A stretch of DNA of 63,814 nt, counting the filler, from Rozella allomycis CSF55 (lineage: Eukaryota): assembly GCA_000442015.1 (NCBI GenBank). It is 6 parts of 6 records of this genome, joined end to end, with 100 filler letters (N's around TTAATTAATTAA, not from the genome) between each part and the next. Parts side by side here need not be neighbours in the genome. Positions count along the whole stretch, not along the records: positions 19,791 to 47,905 come from KE560886.1; 5 more parts are not named here. One strand, given 5' to 3'. The position numbers were made by a program, and so were the translations under genes. This document shows, in pieces, positions 34,911-48,005 of the stretch. The notes beneath the pieces are model-generated. The model saw only the letters and a program-made list of their open reading frames with translations. It was not told the DNA's origin and did no database searches. Every line of letters starts with the position of its first letter. The first letter of the stretch is position 1.

Positions 34911-37900
34911 TTAAAATCTGCGCGAATTGTTGTAAATAGCCAACGCATCATTAATCTGCAAACAAAACCACTATTTAAAAAGAATAAAAATAAATACATT
35001 AGCAGTGCTATGATCAGAGCAAGAAATAAATCTCTGCGCAAATTCAGGATGCCTAATTAACAAAACAATGCCATCAAACGTAGTTTTAACAGCAATAAAT
35101 ACTAGAGGAGAAATTAAAAATAGTTTATACTGTCAAAAGGAATTTCCCATATTAATTTCAAGTTTCTTTCGGCCAAATAGATGATTCTTTGATTTGAAAC
35201 AATAGCAATTGAATTATCTTCAGGAACATTAATATGAGCAACGTAAAAATCATTAATGTATTTTGAATGGGCGCATTCTTTCAGGAATGACTGACCAATA
35301 GCGTCTCTTTCTGAAAAGGGTCTTAGAATTCTATCGTAAGCGATGAATCTTGGGAGTCTGATTCTTGACACTTCAAATTCATCGAATGCAATAGTTGTAT
35401 TTTTGATTCCCTCTGAAACATTACTAGCGAGATCAAAGACACCGACTATTGGTTTGGAAACTGCGCCCACTAGACCCTTGCCGATTCCTTTGAAGAAACC
35501 GCCAACGCCATCTTTGATTGCGCCCTGAGTTGGTTTTTCAATTAATCCAGTGACACCGCTTTTAATTGAAGAAGCGAATGATTTAGCACCCAGAGCAACA
35601 CCATTGAAGACGTGTTTTGGTTTATTTCTTGATTTTGATTGTCTTCTTTTTTCTTGAAATTTAGAATCCAGAGTGACTACAGATAAACCTATTAGGGTTA
35701 GTGATATGAAAATACCTTTTCCAACAGAGCCAGTAAACTTTGAGAATGCATCAGAGAGGCCATAAACAGTTTTATTTAAAAAGCTAGCACCACCTACTTA
35801 ATGGTTAAAAGTATTGAATACCTAGAATAATAATTTAAAAGCATTGAATACCTATAATCATCATTTAAAAGTAAGTATTACCTAGAATCATATTTTATAA
35901 AAGTTGTAACCTTTAGCTAGACCAATACCAAAATCTTGAGGATTGTCAGAAACCAAACCTAGATAAGGTTCGTAAAAAGCGTNGATTATCAGAAACCAAA
36001 CCAAGATAAGGTTCGTAAAAAGCGTCTTTAACAGCTGAAGAAAAAGTGTTGAATAAACCAACAGGATTACCTAATGAGAATAAAAGAATAATTTGAATAC
36101 CGAGAATGTCAGCAGAGCCTAAAAGTTTGTGAAACTGTAGAGTTAATTTAAGAGAATAGTATTCGAGGATTAGTTTGTAGAGTAAATCTTTTTGAATGAT
36201 TGGATGTTCCATTATTAGAGCATTTAAAGTAATTGGAGCATTGTGAACATTCCCTTGTGAATAAGTTTAACTATATTTACCAATGGCCATTGTTAGAGAA
36301 TCTAGAATGAGAGAGAAAGGATTTCCTTTTTTAATCTTGTTTCCAGATCTAGAGAAAGAAAAGTTAATTTTGAGTGGATGTAATTGGAATACTTCAAAGT
36401 AGATTAATTGATTTGAAATATTTGAATTATTTTGAGTTGGAATTTTCAAATCTTTATTGAAGGGATTTTCAGTAGAAATTTTAGATTGAAAAGAAATAAA
36501 ATCAAATAATTCATAAAGAAATCTACAGATTAAAAAAGAAAAAAAGATNAAAGAAATCTACAGATCAAAAAAGAAAAAAAGATTTACTTTTCATCTAATT
36601 CAATTGACATTTCTTGGAATAGAATACTGAAATATTTGAAATAATCAACACCGTGATTTTTATCTTTTGATTTAAAGATTGAACAAGAAAAGAAATTGAG
36701 TTCATCGTTTAAGTTTAAGCTTGTGGGATAAAAGATGATTGGTTGATCAAATCCATACAATTGATTATCAAATTGCAACCATTTTATTAATAATTTTAAA
36801 TTTAAATCAAAATCTGAATCTGAATATTCTAGAAATAAATCTTTTGCTGAAATTAAACCAATTTCAATTGAATTATTTATTAAAGAAACCAACAAATTAA
36901 ATCTCAAAGTTAAAAGATGATTCACAACATAAGAAGAAAAGTTGGAAGAATTTGATTGAGAATGAGAAAGTGAAAGAGATTTAGATTTTGATTTGGAAAG
37001 TGAAAATGGTTGAGCCAACGACAATGATTTACTAGACACATTCTGATTAAGAGTAGGTGTATTAGTTGTATAAGTTGTATTCTGATTAGATACACTCTCT
37101 CTTCTCTCCCCCTTAACTTCCCCTCTTCTCTCTTTGATGGTGACTAGAGTGGTCTNCACCCCTTTCTTTGATGGTGACTAGAGTGGTCTCATTTTGAGCT
37201 ATAATGTCGGCATAAATTAAACAATCATTAAAATTGAAAGATTCAGTTAAACCAATTTCAGAAATATTTAATTCAAAATTCTTGTTGTTTCTTTTTAAAA
37301 TTAATTTCTTTTCAATTGTTGAATTTTCCCAAATGTAATTTTCTTGTTGATTTTCATTCAAAGTAAAAATATTTGAACAATTCTTTTGAAAATATTTAAA
37401 TTGAAATTTTGTTTGATTTATTAATTTAAATGGCCAATTAATAGAATGATTTATATTAACAAATAGAATGTTTGATTCACTCACTATATCTATTCTTATC
37501 AATTCATTATTCAAACTTAGAAATGTTTTTCCCAGATTTCTAAAATTAAACAACAATTGAGAGTGAGATGATTGAGAGAGAGAAGTAGTTGGTTGAGATG
37601 AAGTAGTAGTTGTTTGAGATGAAGTAGATGATGAAGTAGTTGAACTATCAGTGTTCATCCCTTCACCCTTACTTCTACCCCCTTCACCCTTCCCTTCATC
37701 ACCTTTTAGTTCAATGATTGAATTGTTCACTTTCAGGTCAGAATGAAATGGAATTTGCTGATTCATTTTCAATTCATAAATGTTTTCATTTAAAGAACCA
37801 AATTGTTTAAATTTAATAGTCTTGTTTAATTGATTCACAATAATTATTTTTGGTGTCAATGTAACAATTGTAGATTTAAAATACTAGAATAATCTATTAA

Positions 37901-40900
37901 ACTATTTTACTTTGGTTATAGAGATTCCAATTGAATATTCAATTTGTTTATTTCTGTTTGGAATTAAAACATGATTTTCAATTGAATCAAAGTTTATTAA
38001 TCTGCTCCAATCAGAGTCCATCACTTTTAAATAAACCTTATTAAAACTAGCCAACGTTATCTTTGAATTATTAAAGTTTGAATTATTAAAGTTTGAAGTG
38101 TATTGATAACTTCTTTCACCACTCTCATCATCTACTTCAGAGTCATACCAGTTGATGTTCTCTTCCTTGTATTTAATTAATAAACCAGTTTTATTCAAAA
38201 TAACAAAAGGAGATGAAATGGAAACTCTTTTTGAAATCCCAAATTGATTTAAATTTTCATATTCAATTTTCAACTTTAAATTCTTGTTTCTAAAAGATAA
38301 ATTATAATCAACTTCATTTCCATTTATTATAGCTTGACCTTGTTTAAATTCAGTTTCTAGAATATCAACCAAGATTGAAATTGTCTTTTTAATGTCAATT
38401 TGATTCATTGCATATTCTTCAACACTTTTAATAATCCCTCCAAATGCAAATGATTTTTCTTCTTCATAAATTTTATAATAAATATCAAATGGTAAACAAT
38501 TCTGAATTATTAAACAATTATAAATAGTAATAGTTAAACATGGGTATCTTTATAAATCATCAAATCTAATTTTACTCGAAATTTTCTACTTTGATTTCTA
38601 ATTCAAATTTCAAATTTAATTTTTCATCTTTTAAATTTCTACATTCAATCAACATTGCACAATCTTTATTAAATTCTCTCCAATTGATTATTTCATTGCA
38701 ATATTCAATCCCTTCAATGTTTGGTCTCACTTTAATCACATTGTCATACAACAACATTGGATCAAACCCTCCACCATCTTCTGTTGCTATTTTAGGGATA
38801 AAAGTAGAAATTACCAATTAATATTTTAGATTTTAAAAGTAAAGAAGCATCAAGTAACGTAGCTTCAAATGGAAGATTAGTTTTATTTCTTATTTGAATT
38901 GTTGATTCAAAGCAAACATTCTATTCAACTAGAAAATTTAAACTTTTACTTTGATATTCCCATCCACAAACACATTCACACACACCAAATGTTTAGGGTT
39001 AGGGTTTAATAGGTTTGAAGTGTTTAAAGGGTTTAAAGGGGTTGAACTAGTGAATGAACTAGATGGACTTGTGGGCTCTCTTAATTCATTCCCCCTACTT
39101 ATTGGCTCTCTCAATTCATTCATCTTTTCCTTTTCAACGTCTCGCTTCAAGGGATAGTATTTGGTTCCTTCCTTGTCAATTGGAATTTCATTAATCTTTT
39201 TAAAATTATCCAATTTGATTGAAATCAACAATAATTGAATATTTCCCATTCTAGTTGAATCATTTAAATCTTTAAAATTAAATGGAATCTTTTCTCCATT
39301 TTTAATTAATCTCTTTTCATCTTTATTAAATAATTCAATTAAACAACCAGTCTTATTTATTATAACACATGGATACCCTTGTTTTCTCTTGTTTGGTTTC
39401 TTTTCTATTTGTTCAAAAATGTTTTTTATATTCTTCATGAATTGTTTATTAAGATTAACCATTAAATCATTCAATCCATTCAACTCATAATTCATTGTTC
39501 CCTTGTTGTCTTTATTCACCTTGATTTGAGTCTTAAATGATTCAACCAATGGTTCCCAATGGGAATTGCTAGAATTGAAATAGTTCACATTCATTTCAAT
39601 CTCACTCTTCAACTTTAAATTCAAATTCCAATCTTTCACTTCCATTTGATGTTTATCAATCTTTATATCCAATATTGGCAACTGACATTCACTAACATCA
39701 TCAATCAACAGAAACTTTATTCCCTGACTATTCCATGTCAACAATTCACTCATCACAATCAATTCACTTGAATCCATCCAAGTAACATTAACGTTCAAAG
39801 TATCACTATTAAGGTTTAAAGTAGTATTATTCAAAGTAGTAGTATCACTACTTGCACAAATTACTTCACCTTCACTACTTCTACCCCCATCAACTTCAAC
39901 TCCCCCTTCAATAAAGTTTGTTATAATTTTGTAAACCAATAAAATATCATGATAAGAAATTCTAAATACAATTGGCTTTGTATTCAACCAATAATTAACA
40001 CATTGATTCATTTGATCATTTTCTATCGTTAAAGATGCATCAAATTCATCAACAAATTTAAATAATTCTTTTTCATTCATATTCAACAAAAATAATCCAA
40101 AATTCTCAAAACTCAAACTTGAATTTCCTTTGGTTGAATACACAAACTGTTTCATCTTGATCAATATCGCTTCTGTCTCTTTATTCTTTAAATCTTCCAA
40201 AATAAACAATTCAAAGTTCACTACATTAACCAGAAAATAGAAAACAGAATTTGTATTGTTTTTTGACTGTGATTTAGAATTTGATTTAACATTTGATTTA
40301 AAAGTATTCCTTTGGGCTCCATTAGAACCTTTCAAATTCATTTCTACTTTATTATCTTTTTGGGGATAATTGTCAAGAAAAAATGATTTAATTGAATAAA
40401 TGTTATTTAAACTTGTAATCATTTTGGGACTATCAAGAGTTACTTTAACCATCCCATTCCCATTCTCTACCATTGTATACTGAATAAACAATTGTCCATC
40501 TGAATATTCACTCTCTGGTATTATTTGTGTATAATATTGTTTAATACTTCTAGTATCATCCAACGAAAATGAATCAACCCAAACATCAACCTGCATTTCT
40601 CCCCTGTCTCTCTTGAAATTCAAAACACTCTTGTTAATCTTAAACAAACAAAAATTCAAACATTTTCCATCTCTCAAATTGAACAATTCCAATTCTATCC
40701 CTTGCAATTCCACAACAATTTCATTAATCACTTTATCAGGTGTATTAAGATTTTGAAGAGCAAGAGTATTAAGAGTATTAGTTAAAGCACTCCCCATCAC
40801 TTGATCAGTCACTCCAGCAGTCACTTTACTATTCAATTCATCACTCCATTCACCCTCTACTCTCCCTTCTCCTTTCTCTCCAACTTCATCACTAAATATC

Positions 40901-43900
40901 TCACTCGTTGAATCTATTAGATAAAAAACATTCTTCAACAACATTTCATACAAAAATTCATCCAATTCTACCTTCACTCGACTCACATTCCCCTTGACAT
41001 ACATTCTTGGTTCTTTATCATACTCAATTCCCAATTCAACATCAAAATCTTTCATAATCTTCTTTTTCCCATAAAATGTTTCTGCTTCCACTTTAGCTGA
41101 CTGAATCAAAATATTCAATTTCTTTTCATTCTCTTTAATCAACTTTAAATTTCCAAGATACGAAATTATTTTCCCATTTTCATCTTCAATATCTCTCACT
41201 TGCACTATTGGCGTTGACAAGTTGATTTCATAATTCATTTCACTCTCACTCTTTTCATTCTCAAGTGGAAATGATTTTATAAATTTCATCAATCGCTTTA
41301 AATCTTCATGACAATAAAATAAATGCAAAGAGCCTCCATTCAACTTTAGAAAATTATCAAAATATTCAAAACTCAACACATTCTTTCCCTTTAGAAATAA
41401 ACCTTCATCTTTAGAATCATAAAGTTCATGTTCATTATATACTTTTTTTAAATTTGAATTAATACGCTTGATTTTGATCTCTTTTAGATTTCCAATAATT
41501 CCTTTATCAATTTGTAAATTTCCTTGTTCCAATTCAACACAAGAAAAACACTCTTCTCCATCAAACAACATAAACTTTATTCCCTCAAGCGATATCCACA
41601 CATCCAATTCACTCTTATTATCACTTTTAACTGATTTTTTATTAATAAACGTCAAATTCAAATATTCCTGAAATTTCTTAATTACTCTGGGATCAACAGT
41701 CAAAGTAACTTTGGAAATAAACAGTTTTGCTTGTGGCTTTAAACCCATCAAATACTGCAAATTCATAAATTCATGCCGGCCTTTTTCTGATTCAAAAACA
41801 TTTTCTTCTTCTTTAATGTAAAATGAACCAAACTTTATTTCAACTTGAGACTCCATTTCTTTTTTAGAAAAATCAACGGAAAATGACTCTACTCCAGTTT
41901 CACCTACATATAACAGAAATGGTGCATTTGATTCATTTAATTTTATCAATCTTTCATCGTCTTCTTCCTTATAAATGATGGCTTTCAATTTCTGAATTTT
42001 CAAAGTGAATTTCAAAATTTCCTTATCAATTACAGGGGTTTCTTCTGCATCATAAAAGACTTCTTCTTCTTTTTGATCATCCATTGATTCATTCAAAGGA
42101 AAATAAATATCAAATAATTTTAACAATTTATTATATTTAACATTAGAAAATAAAAGATTAATTTCATCTGTGAAGGAGTCTATTAATATTCTAGTAACGG
42201 ATGGAACGATTCCAATCTGAAGAATCATTTTTAAATTAACATTTGGAATAAACTGAAATTCTTTTCTATTAAAGTTATTTTCAAGATAAAATTTGTTGAA
42301 TGGAATGTAAAGCATTTCAAGTTTTGATAAATTTAAAATAAACTTGTCGTACATTAGTTTATTCAAATCTTCTTCATTCATTTCATTTTTATTAATTAAG
42401 TCGCTTTTAACATTCAATCTTCCCAAGTCTGCTATAAACAATGAACTCTTTAAATCAGAAACATCAAATGGAAGAATTAAAAGTGGAGCATTCAAATTCA
42501 ATTTTAAATCAAAACTTTTATGTTCTTCCAATGCAAATTGCAAACCAGCCCTGGTCATCTTTATTATACCCTTGTTGGCGGCATTCACAATTGCATCCAA
42601 CGTTTCATTCGTTCCAATTCTTTTAAAAAAGTTTTGTAAAACATTTATTAATTTATAATTATAAACCAGCTTTAATGGCTCCATATCAATCTGTAATGAT
42701 TCATCCGCCTCTCCATGCAGCGGTTTATGTTGGTAATTCAACACAACAAATGGTTTATTCAACTCGGCAATATTTATAACATTTGATTCTAATCTCTTTG
42801 AATCAACGATAGTAGTCTTGCCTGAATGCCCATCAAATTTCCTTTCACATAAGCCGAAATCAAATTACTTTTCAACAATCAAAGGAAATAAAGTTCCAAT
42901 CGTTCCATCTCTTATTGAAATATCTTCTAGCTTCATTAAAACATCAAATGAAGTTTGTCTTTAACAATTAAACCCAATTTTCTTACCTGGTCGAATATTT
43001 CATTTCAAGACCCTCAAATCTCGCATTTAAAAATTCTAATTTATTATTAATTAAACATAATGATCCACTCTTCAGATTAAATCTCAAATTTAGTAATACA
43101 GCATCTTTCGAAATTTCCCAATTCAATTCATTTTCATTAAATCCAATTGTTTCATACAAATTCTTCAAATCTTTATCAGCCTCTTCTTTTCTACTGGAAT
43201 AAAAATATGAAAACCATCCACCGCTTACCTCTGGCTTCTTTTCCTTCTTTTCTCTCTCTCGTTGCTCTTTCCCTGCAATGCTCCTGTACAGTCTAATGTC
43301 TTCAATACTTAATATTCTTTCAAGTAACTCAATCTCCTGTTTATCCAAATCACTCATTTTATTATCCAACTTTTTATTAAACAAGGAAACATATTTTCTT
43401 CTTTCTTCTCTTCTCTTTTCAAAATACTTCCAACTCCACTTTTCATTTCTTTCTCTTATAGACTTTTTCACACAAGAAATAGCAAATCTCCACCACTCTT
43501 TAGCATTTGTTTTCACTATGGAATTCATCGGTCTCATTGATTGAAATCTCTCTCTTCTTTTCAATCGATCAAATAAATCCATCAATAATTGAAAATCAAC
43601 NNNNNNNNNNNNNNNNNNNNNNNNNNNNNNNNNNNNNNNNNNNNNNNNNNNNNNNNNNNNNNNNNNNNCTCGTCTTTGCCTCATGTTCAGCTGGTGCCCT
43701 TCGCAAAGTAATCATCCCCTTTCCACAAATTGGTTCAATCAAATATCTATTTGTATTTGAATTCGTTTCAACTCTCTTAAACTCTTCAATCATTGTGGAA
43801 ACATCATCGCCTGATATTCCCACATATTCATTCTCCCAATAAACGGAAAAGCAATCCATCTTTAATAATTTGTAGACGACTTGCGCTATATTCTCAACAA

Positions 43901-44592
43901 AAATCTCTTCAAATCGCTCATTAGTCGACACAGCTGATATCTCTGTCAGATTTATTCCACAACTAAACGGTTTCTATAACATATCAACAAATATTCCTTA
44001 CTTTTGGATTAGATATTCGATCTTCATATCTTACATGTATATCCTTGATAACTACTTGTACATTGTCAACAATTTTCGTTATCAGCTGCGACACAAATGA
44101 TTCATTCCTTTTCTTCTCTTCTTCTGTTTGGCTTTTCTGTTGCAATGGACTAATCATTTCAAATTCCTCCAACATTTGCATCTTCAACCTATACTCTCTC
44201 TCTTTCGCCTCATTTTCATCATACTTGTTAATTTACTTTAAAAAACATACCTTATTCTCTTCCTTTGATCCAACAAGTAAATATACTCCATTAATAAACA
44301 CTTTGACACTCTGAGACTTTAGGTTTTGCCATGGAATCTTCAAAATCAACTCCTCAACACACCCTATCTTTAATTCAAAAACAAAAATACCTTCATACAC
44401 ATTAATAGGCAACTTGAATTTATCTAGCGCATCCTTTCTCAACTTTAAATTTTTCAATTTCACATCCCCTATTCTCCTTACCAAAATTACTGTACCATTC
44501 CAAATTGCTATATTTAATTGTTGCTTTTCTAGATTTGAAATATATTCGCCAAGAAATTTGTTAACAAAACCTGTAACTACTGCCTCAAACAT
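34911..44592 (-). CDS. VPS13: VPS13 bulk lipid transfer protein, multi-exon, with N-gaps and low-complexity inserts
   Basis: Chorein N-terminus MFEAVVTGFVNKFLGEYISNL...LKIPWQNL, KIVDNVQVVIKDIHVRYED, NSHWEPLVE, LQFDNQL, FYEPY, GAVSKPIVGVFDLAS, RIRLPRFI. Confidence 0.96.
35794..35910 (-). other. Compound intron of four contiguous GT...AG units (29, 30, 30, 28 nt) in VPS13
   Basis: Minus strand: AAAG|gttacaacttttataaaatatgattctag|gtaatacttacttttaaatgatgattatag|gtattcaatgcttttaaattattattctag|gtattcaatacttttaaccattaagtag|GTGGT; removing all four restores GIGLAKGGASFLNKTV. Confidence 0.8.
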
Positions 44593-44863
44593 GTATTAAC
44601 TAGTGGCTTGAGCCTTGACCTAACGTAAACTTTCAAGATTAAAGATGTCACCAATATGGAAAACACATTTTCATTACTTTAAACTATTCATTAATGCTTT
44701 TATTAGAATAATATATAATATATAAACATATATCATAATATGTTAATAATCAACATCAATGGAAACATATTTTATTTACGACAGCCTGTTGAAATATGTT
44801 ATATTCGCACTCATTGTCTTATGCTTAATGCTTAATGCTTCATTCTGTAAATACGTAGCGGCT

Positions 44864-47800
44864 ATGGCGCAGTATAATCAGATGGTGGCAAAAACACCGT
44901 GTACATTCTTTTTACAAAACAAATGCACAAAAGGAACTACATGCGAATATTCCCACGATGAAAAGTTTAAGCCATGCCCATACCTTCTAACTGGGTCTTG
45001 CAAATTCGGGAACAAGTGTAAACACTCGCACGATATTCCTATCTGTCTTTACTACAATCTAGGGAAATGCACAAAAGGCGATAAATGCCCTTTCAGACAC
45101 GTCAAAGAAACAAAAGAGGATTTTAAAGGCGAGTTTTCGAAGAAAGAGATTCCTGTTTGCTCATTCTTTATTAAAGGAACTTGTGTCCATTCAGGCATGA
45201 GAAAGAAGAAGGAAAACAGAGTCCAATTTGCTCATTCTTTGTTAAAGGAACTTGTACTAAAGGGGATAAATGTCCATTCACACATGAACTAGGGATGTCC
45301 CCAACAATGAACCAACCAGAGAATGATGGTGTAGTAAAGTTGGTTGAAAATATTAAGATTGCAGATACTATCGATCAGACAATGGGTGGAAGTATGAAGT
45401 GCACATTCAAACAAGGCGCTGAGGTGAAAAGTATCAAACTTGGATTCTTTGAAGGTGACATGATCAAAGTATCAAATGCCAAAGCTGGCCTTACTTTTGA
45501 AAATGTATTTACTGAATTTGAACAATTTGGACAAGTCTTATCTTTCAATTGTAGGGAAAATGATTATTTTATTGAAATCAAATTTAAAAGTGCAGAATCT
45601 AAAACTGGATTTTTGTCGAAATTTAATGGAAATTATAATGAAGCTTTGTCAATTGACGAGGATTTACCTATTTATATATCTTTTATTGGTAACGAAGGAC
45701 ATGCAACAATTAAATGTACAAGCACTGTCACTTGGTTCATCCCTTCTAAAATGTGCTTTGTATATATATTTAATAGGCTAAATGAATCCAAAATCAGTAA
45801 AATAAATACAAAAGAGTCACATGGTTATAAAGTTAAGTGCGAGAGATTATCTGGTGGGTTCATGGGTGGATTGGTATTCAAATCTGTTCCAATTTACTTT
45901 AAAGAAGGCTGGCTTTACTCTATTATGGAATCAGTTGGTATTTCCTTTTCATCCGTGGAAAGTCTCAAATTTAATATAGAAGAGGTTCGTTCTGAACAGG
46001 AAATTGCTTTACTTATTAAGAATAGTCTTTATCCAATTCCAAACTTTGTCGTTAATAAACCCAAAGAAAATAGTCCCATCAGGACAGCTTCTCTTACATC
46101 ACTCAGAGACACTGTAACCTTAAAGTTAAATGCATCAAATGAAGAATTCAATCCTTCTCTCAAGAATATTTACAGTTCCAAAGTTAAAGTACTTCCATTG
46201 GAATGTTTGAAAGTATACTTAAAAGAGAGAAAGGTTGAAATGCATTTGTGGGAAGGCCCCAANAAAAATCAGTAAATTAAATACAAAAGAGGCGCATGGC
46301 TATAAAGTTAAGTGCGAGAGATTATCTGGTGGGTTCATGGGTGGATTGGTATTCAAATCTGTTCCAATTTACTTTAAAGAAGGCTGGCTTTACTCTATTA
46401 TGGAATCAGTTGGTATTTCCTTTTCATCCGTGGAAAGTCTCAAATTTAATATAGAAGAGGTTCGTTCTGAACAGGAAATTGCTTTACTTATTAAGAATAG
46501 TCTTTATCCAATTCCAAACTTTGTCGTTAATAAACCCAAAGAAAATAGTCCCATCAGGACAGCTTCTCTTACATCACTCAGAGACACTGTAACCTTAAAG
46601 TTAAATGCATCAAATGAAGAATTCAATCCTTCTCTCAAGAATATTTACAGTTCCAAAGTTAAAGTTCTTCCATTGGTCTACAAAATAAACAAAGAGGAAC
46701 TGGAATGTTTGAAGGTATACTTAAAAGAGAGAAAGGTTGAAATGCATTTGTGGGAAGGCCCCAAAGTTATGACTGTTGGAATCTTGGGTGAAGACAAGAA
46801 AATGATTGAACATGGCTTAAGATTGCTTCAAGGGATACTTAAAGGGAAACTGGTTAATGTAAATAAAACTGGAGTGCCGTTATGGGATGATCACTTTCTT
46901 TCTAAACAAGGTGAAATTTTCTTGAGGGAACTGGGTACAATGAACCACGTATTTATTTACAGAGACTCTAGAAATAAGTGTCTTCTTTTGTATGGCATTG
47001 ATTACAACTTTGACGTTGTCTACACCGGCTTAACTGACAAACTTGAGGAAATTAAAAAGAGCACTTTTACATTTAAACTAAACCAACAGAAATTTGCGTT
47101 GGTTGTTAAACATAATTTACTTGAAAGATTATCTAATCTGATTAAAGGAGACATTCATCTTGACATTACGAAAAAGAGTATCGTTGTTTCAAACTGTAAA
47201 TCTGAGAGAGTACTCATACAAAGGCAAATCGAAGAATGCATGAAAAATTCAATTACAAATACGAAATCTTCTCATGAAGAATTATGTCCTATTTGTTTCT
47301 GTGGCGTCGAGGATGATCTGATCATCTTGGCCTGTGATCACAAGTATTGTAGAGAATGCTTCTGTGCCTACATCAAATCTGCTGAAGTATTTCCAATAAA
47401 GTGCCTATCTGAAAATTGCAATAACCCCTTACTTTTAAATGATATCAAATCATACGTCCAGGAATACGAATTCAACAATCTTTTACAGAAATCATTCAAT
47501 CTTTACATATCTCAACACCCGGAACTTTATTTTTATTGCAAGACACCAGATTGTACCCAGATATTCAACAAGTGTCCATCATCAAAAGATATGCTATGCA
47601 CACAATGCTTTTCTTCGATATGTGTTAGTTGTGCAGAATTTGCACATGAAGGTCAAACATGCGCTGAATATCAACGAACAAAAAATATGACTATGGAAGA
47701 CAAAGAATTTGAGAAATGGAAAAATGCAAACAAGGTCAAATTATGTAAAAACTGTGGAGCTTCAATACAAAAAGGTGAAGGATGCCAGCATGTCACTTGT

Positions 47801-47902
47801 GCTGTTTGTAAAAGTCATATTTGCTGGTTTTGTTTGAATATTTTTGATAAAAATGTTATTTACCAACACATGAGATCAATGCATGGCGGTATTCATGATT
47901 AA
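44864..47902 (+). CDS. CCCH zinc-finger array + RRM + possible KH-like region + RBR (RING1-IBR-RING2) E3 ligase; frameshift near 45184, ~470-nt overlap duplication at N 46263
   Basis: Five CCCH fingers (C-x7-C-x5-C-x3-H, fourth broken), RRM-like FEQFGQV, RING1 CPICFC...CDHKYCREC, IBR CKTPDC...CTQC...CVSC...H, RING2 CKNC...KGEGCQHVTC...C. Confidence 0.85.
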
Positions 47903-48005
47903 TAANNNNNNNNNNNNNNNNNNNNNNNNNNNNNNNNNNNNNNNNNNNNTTAATTAATTAANNNNNNNNNNNNNNNNNNNNNNNNNNNNNNNNNNNNNNN
48001 NNNNN

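Noticed and set aside
35794..35910. CRISPR-like reading of the ~30-nt periodic repeats
   Set aside because: No spacers, no cas genes, eukaryotic context; the units coincide with splice sites.
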